A stretch of DNA of 64,000 nt from an uncultured Thermoleophilia bacterium (GTDB lineage Bacteria > Actinomycetota > Thermoleophilia > UBA2241), in contig CAVPCT010000003.1 of NCBI GenBank assembly GCA_963702475.1, positions 224,001-288,000 of the forward strand, read 5' to 3'. The position numbers and the translations under genes are program-made. Positions 42,202-50,875 of this stretch are shown here, piece by piece (the stretch's first letter is position 1; each line of letters begins with the position of its first letter). A model generated the notes under the pieces. That model had not been told where the DNA came from. It saw nothing but the letters and a program-made list of their open reading frames with translations, and did no database searches.

Positions 42202-42277
42202 TGGTGCCCCCAACGGAATTCGAATCCGTGCCGCCGGCTTGAAAGGCCGGTGTCCTAGGCCGCTAGACGATGGGGGC
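42202..42277 (-). tRNA. tRNA-Glu(TTC)
   Basis: 76-nt cloverleaf GCCCCCA...TGGGGGC-ACCA; anticodon loop CTTTCAA; T-loop TTCGAAT. Confidence 0.96.
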
Positions 42278-42422
42278 ACGTGGGTGCCGCCGCAGGAGTA
42301 TACCGGAGGAACCGCGAGCGTCTCCCTGCGACCGCGATGGAATGGCGACAGCGGCCGTCCGTGGTGACATACTGCAGGGGACGGACCGCAGTGTGGCCCG
42401 GTACGGGGGAACGGGTGAGAAC

Positions 42423-42827
42423 GTGGAGCCGTTGCGCGTCATCACGAGACGCACGTTTCTGGCGACCGCGGTAACGGCCGCCCTGGGGATCCTTGCGCAT
42501 CGAGCGCTGAGGAGCGGCTCCCGGGCCTCACCGCTCGCCGCTCGCCCGGTGCGGGCGGACGGCCTTGCTGCCTCCCCTGAAGACGGCGGCCTCGTCCTTA
42601 CGCCGCGGCACACCGGGATGCCGGCCGAAGGCGGGCTCCCCGTGTTCCGCCTGAACACGACGGCGGCTCTCATCTGGCGCGCGGCCGACGGTTCCCGCAG
42701 CGGCGACGAGATCGCCGCCCGGCTGGCGGGCGCCTACGGGCTCCCCCTCGAGCGGGCCCGACACGACACCGGGCGCTGCCTTGCGACGCTGGCGCGCGCC
42801 GGGCTGGTGACCGCGGCGCGCGGGTGA
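42423..42827 (+). CDS. PqqD-family RiPP recognition element with N-terminal twin-arginine-like hydrophobic segment (start uncertain, 42345 or 42423)
   Basis: FRLNTTAALIWRAADGSRSGDEIAARLA..Y.....A..D...L..L...GLV; N-terminal TRRTFLATAVTAALGIL. Confidence 0.82.
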   Translation: MEPLRVITRRTFLATAVTAALGILAHRALRSGSRASPLAARPVRADGLAASPEDGGLVLTPRHTGMPAEGGLPVFRLNTTAALIWRAADGSRSGDEIAARLAGAYGLPLERARHDTGRCLATLARAGLVTAARG

Positions 42828-42834
42828 GGCGGCG

Positions 42835-44295
42835 ATGAAGCGCTACACCGTCACAACTGAGCTGTTCTCGCTCCCCAGCCGCGGCGGTCACCTGGTCTAC
42901 GCCCCCCTGCTGCGCACGTCCGTCCTCGTGAACGGGTCGGCGCAGAACCTGCTCGCGGACATCGTTGAGGGGCGGCCGGTCAGTGAGGACGGCCTGGCGG
43001 CGGCGGTCGTGGAGCGGCTCGCCGGCCTGGGGCTGATCGCGGCGGCGGGGACGCGGCGGCCGCCGGCCGCCGTCGCGTTCGGCGAGGCCGTGGCGGACGT
43101 CGCGGCGCAGCAGGCCGCGTCGGCGCGCGCGCATGCCGAAGACGGCGCCGCGTTCCGGCCCACCGGCTGCACGCTGTTCCTGACCGGGGCCTGCAACCTG
43201 CGGTGCGTCTACTGCTACGCCTCCGGGGGAGACGATCCCCGCACCATGCAGCGCCAGGTGGCCTTCGCGGCCGTCGACTTGGCGTGCCGCAACGCGGACG
43301 AGCTGGACGCGCCGTGCGTCGAGCTGGCGTTCCACGGCGGCGGGGAGCCCACGCTCGCCTGGCCGCTGATGGCGGCGAGCGTCTCGCGGGCGGAGCGCCG
43401 CTGCACGGAGTCCCGGCGGCGCCTCTCTGTGGGCGTGGCCACCAACGGCGTGGTCGGGCCGCAGGTGCGCCATTGGCTGGCGCGGCACGCGACCTCCGCG
43501 ACCGTGTCGCTGGACGGCCCGCCGGAGGTGCAGGACAGGCTCCGGCCCCTCGCCGCCGGAGGCGGCACGTACGAGGCGGTGGCGGCGACGCTCAGGGCCC
43601 TGTCGGCGTCGCCGTGCTCGCTCGGGGTCCGCGTGACGTGCACGGCTGAGTCCGCGGACCGGGTGCCGGCGACGGTGCGCTTCCTTCTCGACGAGGTACA
43701 CCCCGAGGTGATCCACCTCGAGCCCCTCTTCGTCTGCGGGCGCTCCGTCTCAGGCGGTGAGCGCCCGCCCGCGAGCGACGCGTTCGTCGAGCTCTTCCGC
43801 GCCTGCTCCAGTGACTGCGAGCAGGCGGGCGTGCGTCTGGCCTACTCCGGGGCGCGCGCCGGATCCCTCGGCCTCGCCTTCTGTCAGGCCAGCCGGCCGA
43901 GCTTCAACGTCACGCCGGCCGGCGATGTGACCTCGTGCTACGAGGTCACCGGGCCGGCCGACCCGCGCTCTTCAATGTTCCTGTACGGCGCCTTCGAGCG
44001 CGGCGCGCCGGGCGCCTTTCGCTTCGACGAGGCGCGCATCCACCGGCTGCGCCGGCTGACCGTCGCCGAGGCGTCGCGCTGCCGGCGCTGCTTCGCCAAG
44101 TACCACTGCGCCGGCGACTGTCCGTCCAAGCGCCTGTTCCCTGGCGCCGAGGCGCTCGTCGCCGAGCGCTGCGCCATCAACCGCCGCCTGACGCTCGACC
44201 AGCTCGAACGGGAGCTCGCCCCGTCCGCCGCGTCCGCGGTCGCCGGGCCCGCGCCCGGCTCCGTGGCCGCTCCCGTCGGCGTGGAGACGAGGTGA
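42835..44295 (+). CDS. Radical SAM/SPASM-domain maturase
   Basis: CNLRCVYC, FHGGGEPTL, TNG, VSLDG; SPASM FC...GDVTSC...CRRC.AKYHCAGDC...C. Confidence 0.92.
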   Translation: MKRYTVTTELFSLPSRGGHLVYAPLLRTSVLVNGSAQNLLADIVEGRPVSEDGLAAAVVERLAGLGLIAAAGTRRPPAAVAFGEAVADVAAQQAASARAHAEDGAAFRPTGCTLFLTGACNLRCVYCYASGGDDPRTMQRQVAFAAVDLACRNADELDAPCVELAFHGGGEPTLAWPLMAASVSRAERRCTESRRRLSVGVATNGVVGPQVRHWLARHATSATVSLDGPPEVQDRLRPLAAGGGTYEAVAATLRALSASPCSLGVRVTCTAESADRVPATVRFLLDEVHPEVIHLEPLFVCGRSVSGGERPPASDAFVELFRACSSDCEQAGVRLAYSGARAGSLGLAFCQASRPSFNVTPAGDVTSCYEVTGPADPRSSMFLYGAFERGAPGAFRFDEARIHRLRRLTVAEASRCRRCFAKYHCAGDCPSKRLFPGAEALVAERCAINRRLTLDQLERELAPSAASAVAGPAPGSVAAPVGVETR

Positions 44296-44297
44296 CC

Positions 44298-44804
44298 ATG
44301 ACCGACCGGCGTGAGCAGGACTACGAGCCCCCCGAGGTGGCCATCCTCGAGCAGGAGACCGAGGCTGCGTGGAGTGACGCAGTGCTGGGCGAGTCGCCGC
44401 CCGACGACTCGGTCATCGCCGTTGACGACGCCACCGGTGAGCCGGAGATCCGCGGGTACGTGGTCCCCGAGGCGCGGTTCGCCGCCGACGACCGCAAGCC
44501 CAGGCTGTACGTCGCCCCCAAGGACCCGGGACGCAAGGCCGCCTCCAAGAAGCGCAAGCCCAAGAAGACCACGAAGGCGGGCAAGACCACGCGTGCCCAC
44601 AGCACGCGCGTCAAGCTCACGGCTCACGACGCGTTCGGCGCCGTGGTGTGCACCTGCGACCTCATCTGCACCTGCAACCTCGTGTGCACCTGCGAGGCGG
44701 TGTCCACCTGCAGTTGCGTGTCGTACTCGGCGCCCTCCACGGGCGTCGGCGGGACCTACTGCACCTGCGACCTGGTCTGCACCTGCAACCTGATCTCGAT
44801 GTGA
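44298..44804 (+). CDS. Putative RiPP precursor/substrate with long leader and Cys-rich CxC-repeat core
   Basis: GAGG RBS, ATG 2 bp after the rSAM stop; YEPPEV near the N-terminus; core CTCDLICTCNLVCTCEAVSTCSC...CTCDLVCTCNLISM. Confidence 0.75.
   Translation: MTDRREQDYEPPEVAILEQETEAAWSDAVLGESPPDDSVIAVDDATGEPEIRGYVVPEARFAADDRKPRLYVAPKDPGRKAASKKRKPKKTTKAGKTTRAHSTRVKLTAHDAFGAVVCTCDLICTCNLVCTCEAVSTCSCVSYSAPSTGVGGTYCTCDLVCTCNLISM
44649..44795 (+). repeat. 18-bp coding repeats tgcacctgc-N9 (CTCxxx)
   Basis: Three units from 44649 and two from 44760; the 36-bp blocks at 44649 and 44760 are near-identical. Confidence 0.85.
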
Positions 44805-44809
44805 CGGCG

Positions 44810-45973
44810 ATGGGCCGACGTAGGGCAGCCTTCCTTCTGGCGATCGCGGCCTCGCTCGTTGTGGCGCTCGCCGCCGCACCGTCCTCGCCGGCCAAGGAGC
44901 ACCCGTACAACAAGGGATGCCGGCTGCTGACGGAAGACCGGTACAAGGCCGCTGCCCGGGAGTTCACGAAGGCGCTACAGATCAGTCCCGAGGACACCGA
45001 CGCGCTCAACAACCTCGCCGTATGCAACATCCTGCTGGGCAAGCACGGGGCGGCGCGCCGGCAGCTCAAGAAGGCGCTCGAGCTCAACCCGCGGTACGCC
45101 GGCGCCCGCCTCAACATCGGCGCCGACGAGATCATCAGGGAGCGGCCCGAGCTGGCCCTGCCGCCCACGGTCAAGGCGAGCAAGGCCGAGGGCGACAGCG
45201 CGGCGGCCGTGACGGTGCGCGCGTCCGCGCAGTACAACCTCGGCCTGATCGCCCTCATGCGTGGCGACGCGAAGGCCGCACGTCAGGCCTTCGCCGCCTC
45301 GGCGAAGATCAAGAAGACACCCGAGGCGGTGCTCGGCGCCGGAGTGGCGGCCTGCGTGGCTGGGGACTACGACACCGCTGTCGAGACGTTCCAGAAGGCT
45401 GCCGACGCGGGCGGCGCTCTGGGCAGGATGGCGCGCATCGACCTGGCGGCCGCCTACTACAGCCTCGGCACCGAGGAGTTCGCCGCGGGGGCGCTCGACG
45501 CTGCGCGCAGGTCGCTGCAGCAGTCACAGGACACGCGCGCGAGCGACGCGGCGCTCATCGGCCTGGCCCTCGTGGACGCCGAAAGCGGCGACGTGCGCAA
45601 GGCCGTCGCCACCTTGCAGGCGGTCGAGGAGACGTCGCGGTCGAAGGAGATGCGGCAGGTTGCGGCCATCGACATCGACCGGGTGCTCGAGCGCGCCGAC
45701 CGGCGCTCGGCGTGGGTCAAGTGGCTGGCGGTCGGCCTCGGGGTCGTGCTCCTCGTGCTGCTCGTCGTGGGTTTCGTGCGCGCTCGCGGGGCTCCGTCGT
45801 GGAAGCGGCCCGGCGCTTTCTTGAGCGTGGTCACGATCCTCATGATGCCGCTCACCGTGGTCGCCGCCGCGCTGGTCTTCGTCGACCCGTTGCGCACGCC
45901 GCAGCAGCTCGCCGTGGTCGCCGTGCTCGACGCCGTCGTCCTGTTCTTCCTCTGGAGGAGGCGGACGGCGTGA
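44810..45973 (+). CDS. Exported TPR-repeat protein with three C-terminal TM helices
   Basis: Signal peptide; TPR patterns (ALQISPEDTDALNNLA, ALELNPRYAGARLNIG, AQYNLG); three hydrophobic C-terminal segments. Confidence 0.82.
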   Translation: MGRRRAAFLLAIAASLVVALAAAPSSPAKEHPYNKGCRLLTEDRYKAAAREFTKALQISPEDTDALNNLAVCNILLGKHGAARRQLKKALELNPRYAGARLNIGADEIIRERPELALPPTVKASKAEGDSAAAVTVRASAQYNLGLIALMRGDAKAARQAFAASAKIKKTPEAVLGAGVAACVAGDYDTAVETFQKAADAGGALGRMARIDLAAAYYSLGTEEFAAGALDAARRSLQQSQDTRASDAALIGLALVDAESGDVRKAVATLQAVEETSRSKEMRQVAAIDIDRVLERADRRSAWVKWLAVGLGVVLLVLLVVGFVRARGAPSWKRPGAFLSVVTILMMPLTVVAAALVFVDPLRTPQQLAVVAVLDAVVLFFLWRRRTA

Positions 45974-46129
45974 GGCGTCAGGCCCGCGTGTGCACGCGTG
46001 GTCGTGCCGTGCACGAAAGGCCCGGCCGTCGGCGTCCGCTCCGCACATCACCGCGCCTGCGGTAGAGTGCGGTCGGGGGCGCCGGGCGGCGCCGCCGGCA
46101 CGTTCGAAGCGCGGCGCGGGAGGCTGGTG

Positions 46130-47437
46130 ATGCAGTATCCGTTCGTCATCGACGGCACGGTGGGACGGGGCGTCGTGCTGCCGGTCATGCACGAGGTGCG
46201 CCAGCGGTTCGACCTCCTGCCGGAGGTCGACGCACTGGCGGAGCTCGAGGCCCAGTGGGGGCGCGCGGCGGAGCGGCTCGCGCCCCTCAAGGCCGGCGCC
46301 CGCGTCGCCGTTGCCGTCGGCAGCCGCGGCATCGGCGACATCGTGCCTGTGGTCCGCGATGTCGTCGCGCGCCTGCGCGCCGCGGGCTGCGAGCCCTTCA
46401 TCGTTCCCGCGATGGGCTCGCACGGCGGCGCCACGGCCGAGGGCCAGACCGCCGTGCTCGCCAGCCTCGGCGTGACCCCGGAGTCGGTCGGCGCGCCCAT
46501 CCGGGCGACCATGGACGTGGTCTCGCTCGGCGTCGCCGACGGCATCCCGCTCTACCTCGACCGCTACGCCTGGGACGCCGACGGCATCGTGCTCATCAAC
46601 CGCGTCAAGCCGCACACCGACTTCCACGGGCACGTGGAGAGCGGCCTCATGAAGATGATCGTCATCGGCCTCGGTAAGCAGGCCGGCGCCGAGCACTACC
46701 ACCGGCTCAGCGTCGTGCGCGGGCTGCACGACACCGTGCCGACGGCGGCGCGGGCGCTGCTGGAGCGCGCCAACGTGCTCTTCGGGGTCGCTCTGGTGGA
46801 GAACGAGGCGCACCGCACCGCGGTGCTGCGGGTCGTGGCGCCGGAGGAGGTCGAGGAGGCCGAGACGGAGCTCCTCGACCTGGCCCGGCGCCACCTCCCC
46901 GACCTGCCCGTGGACGACATCGACCTGCTGATACTCGACGAGATGGGCAAGGACGTCAGCGGCAACGGCCTCGACCCCAACGTGACGGGCCGCAACATCA
47001 CGCCGTGGGCGGCGAAGCCGTCGCGGCCGCGCGTCTCACGTATCTTCGTGCGCCGCCTCACCGAGGCCTCGCACGGCAACGCCTGCGGCCTCGGCTGCGT
47101 GGACGCCGTCCCGCTCGCCTTTCTCGACCGCTTCGACCACGCGGCCACCGTGATGAACGGCTTCACGTCGGCCGCGCCCGAGGACGGCAAGATGCCGCTG
47201 GTGTTCGCCGCCGATCGCGACGCGGTGACGTCGCTGCTCACGGCCGTGCGCCCGGTCACGCCGGAGGACGTGCGCGTCGTCTACGGGCGCAACACGCTCG
47301 ACGTCGGGCGCCTGTGGGTCTCGGCCGGCTGTCTGCCGGTGCTCCGCGAGCAGCCGGCCTGCGACGTCGACCTGTCGCCCCGCGAGCTGTCCTTCGGCGC
47401 CGGGGGAGGCCTGGTCTCGCCGTTCGGGGTGGCGTGA
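46130..47437 (+). CDS. LarA-like (lactate racemase N-terminal/DUF2088) domain protein
   Basis: VAVAVGSRGI, PAMGSHGGATAEGQ, NRVKPHTDF, ESGLMKM..IGLGK, GKDVSGNG.D.NV. Confidence 0.75.
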   Translation: MQYPFVIDGTVGRGVVLPVMHEVRQRFDLLPEVDALAELEAQWGRAAERLAPLKAGARVAVAVGSRGIGDIVPVVRDVVARLRAAGCEPFIVPAMGSHGGATAEGQTAVLASLGVTPESVGAPIRATMDVVSLGVADGIPLYLDRYAWDADGIVLINRVKPHTDFHGHVESGLMKMIVIGLGKQAGAEHYHRLSVVRGLHDTVPTAARALLERANVLFGVALVENEAHRTAVLRVVAPEEVEEAETELLDLARRHLPDLPVDDIDLLILDEMGKDVSGNGLDPNVTGRNITPWAAKPSRPRVSRIFVRRLTEASHGNACGLGCVDAVPLAFLDRFDHAATVMNGFTSAAPEDGKMPLVFAADRDAVTSLLTAVRPVTPEDVRVVYGRNTLDVGRLWVSAGCLPVLREQPACDVDLSPRELSFGAGGGLVSPFGVA

Positions 47438-47476
47438 GCGGCGCGTGGCACGGCCCTCCCGACGTGCCGCGCGCCG

Positions 47477-47905
47477 TCAGTCGATAGGCCGCGCGCCCAC
47501 GGCGTACGCGACCGCGGCCTTGGCGTGCAGCGCGGTCGAGTCGAACACCGGTACGCCGAGGTACTTCTGGGGCACCAGGCGAGGGATCTCGGTGCAACCG
47601 AGGATCACCGGACGGCCCCGGACGTGCTCCTCGCGCACGAGGCGCTCGATCGACCGGGTCCTGGATGCGCAGCACCGGCAGGCCCGTGTCCTCCTCCACC
47701 AGGTCGGCGGTCGAGTTCATGGTACAGAAGGAGACGGCGCAGGGGAGGCGCCGTACGACAGTGACGATGCCGCCGCCGTGGACGGTGACGACCCGCAGCC
47801 GCAGAGCGAAAGCGCGGCGAGGGACGCCGTCGCGAGCAGGACCAGCACGGCGACGGCCGCACCGCGCCGTACGGCTGAACGCGGCTTCTCCGTCGTGATC
47901 CGCAT
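47477..47905 (-). pseudogene. Internally deleted Asp/Glu racemase-like remnant behind a lipoprotein-type signal
   Basis: C-terminal VILGCTEIP...VPVFDSTALHAKAAV; middle piece TM..TAD.VE...GLPVL.I.D in another frame; LCGC lipobox-like N-terminus. Confidence 0.6.
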
Positions 47906-48037
47906 GTCCACTGTGGACGTCCGTTCGCTCCTCGCCCTGGCATCGGCGACGGCGGCGGTCTTCTGCAGGGGTAGCCCCGGTGCCCCCCGGAGACCTCCGG
48001 CCGTCACCGCACCGGACGCGCAAGGAAGCGCCGGCCG

Positions 48038-48802
48038 TCACTGCGCCGGCGTGCCCTCCACGGGGTCGTCGGCCTTGGCTTCACGCCGGCCCGACGCCCA
48101 CGCCTGCGCGCGAAGGCCCACCAGCATGGCGACGAACGTCACCAGGTAGACCTGACCCGACACCGCCTCGGCGTTGGCGACCAGACGCGCGAACGGCGTC
48201 ACGGCTGTCAGGTCGCCGTACCCGACCGTGGTGACGGTGCTGAGGCTGAAGTACATGAACGACGTGGACGGCTCCGCCTGCCCGAAGAACGGTGTCGCCT
48301 GGAGCGTGTCTATGCTGAGGAACGCGTAGTAGAAGGCGATAGGGATCAGCAGGAAGACGGAGATGGCGCCGAGCAGCGTGCCCGTGGTGACCGTGCGGTG
48401 GTGGAGGAGACGGCGTATCACGACCAGCGGGGCCAGCGCCGCCAACACGACAAGCGACAGCGGGTGAGAACTGTCGTCGATCGTCCTCATCGGGACGTCG
48501 GTCACCAGACCGGCGAGGACGAAGAAGACGAGGACCGCGATGACGAGCGCCGCGACGATGTCCGCGACGGACTGCCAGCGACGCGCCACGCCGGAGGCGC
48601 GCAGGGCCAGCATCAGGGTGACGCCGAGGAGCAGCGTGGTGCCCACCGAGGCGGCCGCGGCGACGAGGTGGTCCGAGGACCCGGTCAGGTCGACGAGCGC
48701 CAGCGCGACGATGCTCACCACCGAAAGGGTCAGGACCCAGCCGAAGCGGTCGAGGTGAGCGGACGTGTCATCGAAGAGCTTCAGCCTCGACAGACGGGAC
48801 AT
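48038..48802 (-). CDS. Potassium channel family protein
   Basis: YFSLSTVTTVGYGD selectivity-filter motif. Confidence 0.85.
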   Translation of the reverse strand: MSRLSRLKLFDDTSAHLDRFGWVLTLSVVSIVALALVDLTGSSDHLVAAAASVGTTLLLGVTLMLALRASGVARRWQSVADIVAALVIAVLVFFVLAGLVTDVPMRTIDDSSHPLSLVVLAALAPLVVIRRLLHHRTVTTGTLLGAISVFLLIPIAFYYAFLSIDTLQATPFFGQAEPSTSFMYFSLSTVTTVGYGDLTAVTPFARLVANAEAVSGQVYLVTFVAMLVGLRAQAWASGRREAKADDPVEGTPAQ

Positions 48803-48876
48803 GACGCCTCCTTGGCAGGGCGGTCGAGCCGCGAGTACTCGCAGTATTCGCCGCCTGGCCGCTCCGGCCTCGGACA

Positions 48877-50307
48877 TCACACCCCGTGCTGCGCCTCGAT
48901 CCTCCCCGAATCGACCGCCTCGCGGAGCGCCTCGAAGTCCTTCCAGTTCTGCCCGGCGTACGCCTCGGCGAAGTCGGCCACGGCGACGTCGAACGTGTCA
49001 CCGGTGCCCAGGTAGCCGGCGATGGCGATGCGGTCGCCGGTCCTCGCGTGCGCCCGCGCCAGCGTCCAGGCGCACATCTCCGCGTAGCGCGGCCAGGCGC
49101 GCATGTCGAGCGCTTCGAGGGTGAACGCTCCCTTGCCGTCCCACAGCTGCCGCACGTAGAAGTCGTAGCGCTTGCCGTCGAACCCGACCACGTCGTAGTG
49201 GCCCAGGAGCACGTCGCTGACCGCCTGCATGAGCTTCTGGCCCTCCACGACGCGTCGGCCGGCGTGCCTGTAGCGGCTGCGGCCGACGAACCGCTCCAGC
49301 ACCGAGGCCTGCGCCTGCTTCGCCTGCAGGAACAGCGGGTCGTCGGTGTCGCGCCCGGAGAACAGCAGCACCCAGGCGCGCGTGCCCACGCTGCCCACGC
49401 CGACCACCTTTCGCGCCAGACCGCGGAACCGGTAGAGGTCGAAGAGCGCCTGCCGGTCGTGTGCCAGGCTGGCGCGGTAGTTGCGCAGCGCCTGCTCCAC
49501 GGCGTGCGCGTACTGCCCTCGTTCGGCGTCGCTCAGCAGTTCCTCCGCCGGCACGAGCAGCGGCGGGTCGCTGCGCAGCTTCGGGACGCCGTCCTTCTTG
49601 CGCGTGAGCCTCGAGAACGCGCGCAGGTCGTCCTTCTCGACGGCGCTCTTGAGGTCCCTGGCGAAGCGCTTGGCGTCGGTGCGGCGCAGCGCCGCGCTCT
49701 CCTGGCGTATCGTCTCGACGTCCAGGTGCGCATACCACACGTCGATGGCCCGCTTGCCGGCCATCTCGAGCATGGTCTCGCGGTACTTGCGCACGGCGGC
49801 GAGGACGATCCGGCGTCGGTCCGCGGTCGGGAAGCCCCTGTCCTGGCCGGCCACCTCGAAGCTGGCCGCGAGGCGCTTGACGTCCCACTCCCACGGCCCC
49901 GGCAGGGTCTCGTCGAAGTCGTTGATGTCAAAGACGAGCCGGCGCTGCGGCGACTCGAAGAGGCCGAAGTTCATGAGATGGGCGTCGCCGCAGATCTGGG
50001 CACGCAGGCCGGAGTCGGGAGTGCCGGCCAGGTCCGACGCCATGAGGAGCGCGCCGCCGCGGTAGAAGGCCGCCGGCGAGGTGAGCATGCGCCCGTACCG
50101 GATGGGGACGAGGTCGGGCGACCGCTGTGCGGCCTGCTCTTCGAGCAGCTCGACGGGATCCGGCCGGTCCGCCGCCGGCTTCCACTCCGCGTGCGCCGAG
50201 CGCGGCGCCTTCTTGCGCGCAGCCTTGCCGTGCGCCGCGCGCTCCGCCGGCGTCTCCTTGCTTCGCTGGTGGATCTCCGGGAGCGACTCCGCGCCGTTCG
50301 TGTGCAT
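48877..50307 (-). CDS. DUF2252-family protein
   Basis: RYGRM..SP.AFYRG, CGDAHLMNFG, FDINDFDE, KVVGVGSVGT, YVRQLWDGK, LARAHAR. Confidence 0.9.
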   Translation of the reverse strand: MHTNGAESLPEIHQRSKETPAERAAHGKAARKKAPRSAHAEWKPAADRPDPVELLEEQAAQRSPDLVPIRYGRMLTSPAAFYRGGALLMASDLAGTPDSGLRAQICGDAHLMNFGLFESPQRRLVFDINDFDETLPGPWEWDVKRLAASFEVAGQDRGFPTADRRRIVLAAVRKYRETMLEMAGKRAIDVWYAHLDVETIRQESAALRRTDAKRFARDLKSAVEKDDLRAFSRLTRKKDGVPKLRSDPPLLVPAEELLSDAERGQYAHAVEQALRNYRASLAHDRQALFDLYRFRGLARKVVGVGSVGTRAWVLLFSGRDTDDPLFLQAKQAQASVLERFVGRSRYRHAGRRVVEGQKLMQAVSDVLLGHYDVVGFDGKRYDFYVRQLWDGKGAFTLEALDMRAWPRYAEMCAWTLARAHARTGDRIAIAGYLGTGDTFDVAVADFAEAYAGQNWKDFEALREAVDSGRIEAQHGV

Positions 50308-50359
50308 GTCAGGCTCCTTCGATCCGTGGCCCCGGGTACCGCGCCCCGGACTCCGTCCG

Positions 50360-50680
50360 TCAGCCGCCGAACCCCTCGAAGATGTCCGACAAGAAGCTGC
50401 TCGGCTTCTTCTGTTTCTTCTTCTGGGAGTCGCCGTGGTGCGATTCGCCGTGGTTGGGGCGCTCCTCGCGCCGGTCGTCGTGGCCGCCGGAGGGCGCCTG
50501 TGCGGCAGCCTGCGGCTTCGCCGCGTGGCCTGACGGCCCGAACTCGGCGTTGACGCGCTCGATGATCTTGTCCAGCTCGCCGCGGTCGAGCCACACGCCG
50601 CGGCACGAGGGGCAGTAGTCGATCTCGACCCCCTGGCGGTCGCTCATCAGCAGGTCGACGTCACAGACAGGGCACTTCAC
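50360..50680 (-). CDS. zf-TFIIB-like zinc ribbon protein
   Basis: CPVC...IDYCPSCRGVWLDRGELDKII. Confidence 0.88.
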   Translation of the reverse strand: MKCPVCDVDLLMSDRQGVEIDYCPSCRGVWLDRGELDKIIERVNAEFGPSGHAAKPQAAAQAPSGGHDDRREERPNHGESHHGDSQKKKQKKPSSFLSDIFEGFGG

Positions 50681-50875
50681 GGTGTCCTCCTCTCAGCCTG
50701 ACGTGCCGGGCGCCACCCCGTCATCGTCGGGCAGCAGCGCCAGGCGGCTCCGCGTCGGGCGGCGCCTCGACCGCTATCCTACCGTCCGCGGTGACGCGTG
50801 CCGGCGCCCCCGGGTCGCCCCGTCGAAGGGGCCGGTGTACCATGTCGGCTCACCAGGCGACCGACGAGCGGGGGA

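Larger units (their letters stand above)
13806..42249. mobile_element. tRNA-Glu-integrated arsenic/mercury/metal genomic island (~28.4 kb), no integrase recognised
   Basis: 48-bp direct repeats at both ends; paired GGCARCA motifs near both ends; resistance/redox cargo. Confidence 0.85.

Noticed and set aside
44649-44795. CRISPR-like short repeats
   Set aside because: These are in-frame 18-bp coding repeats without unique spacers, and no cas genes are present.
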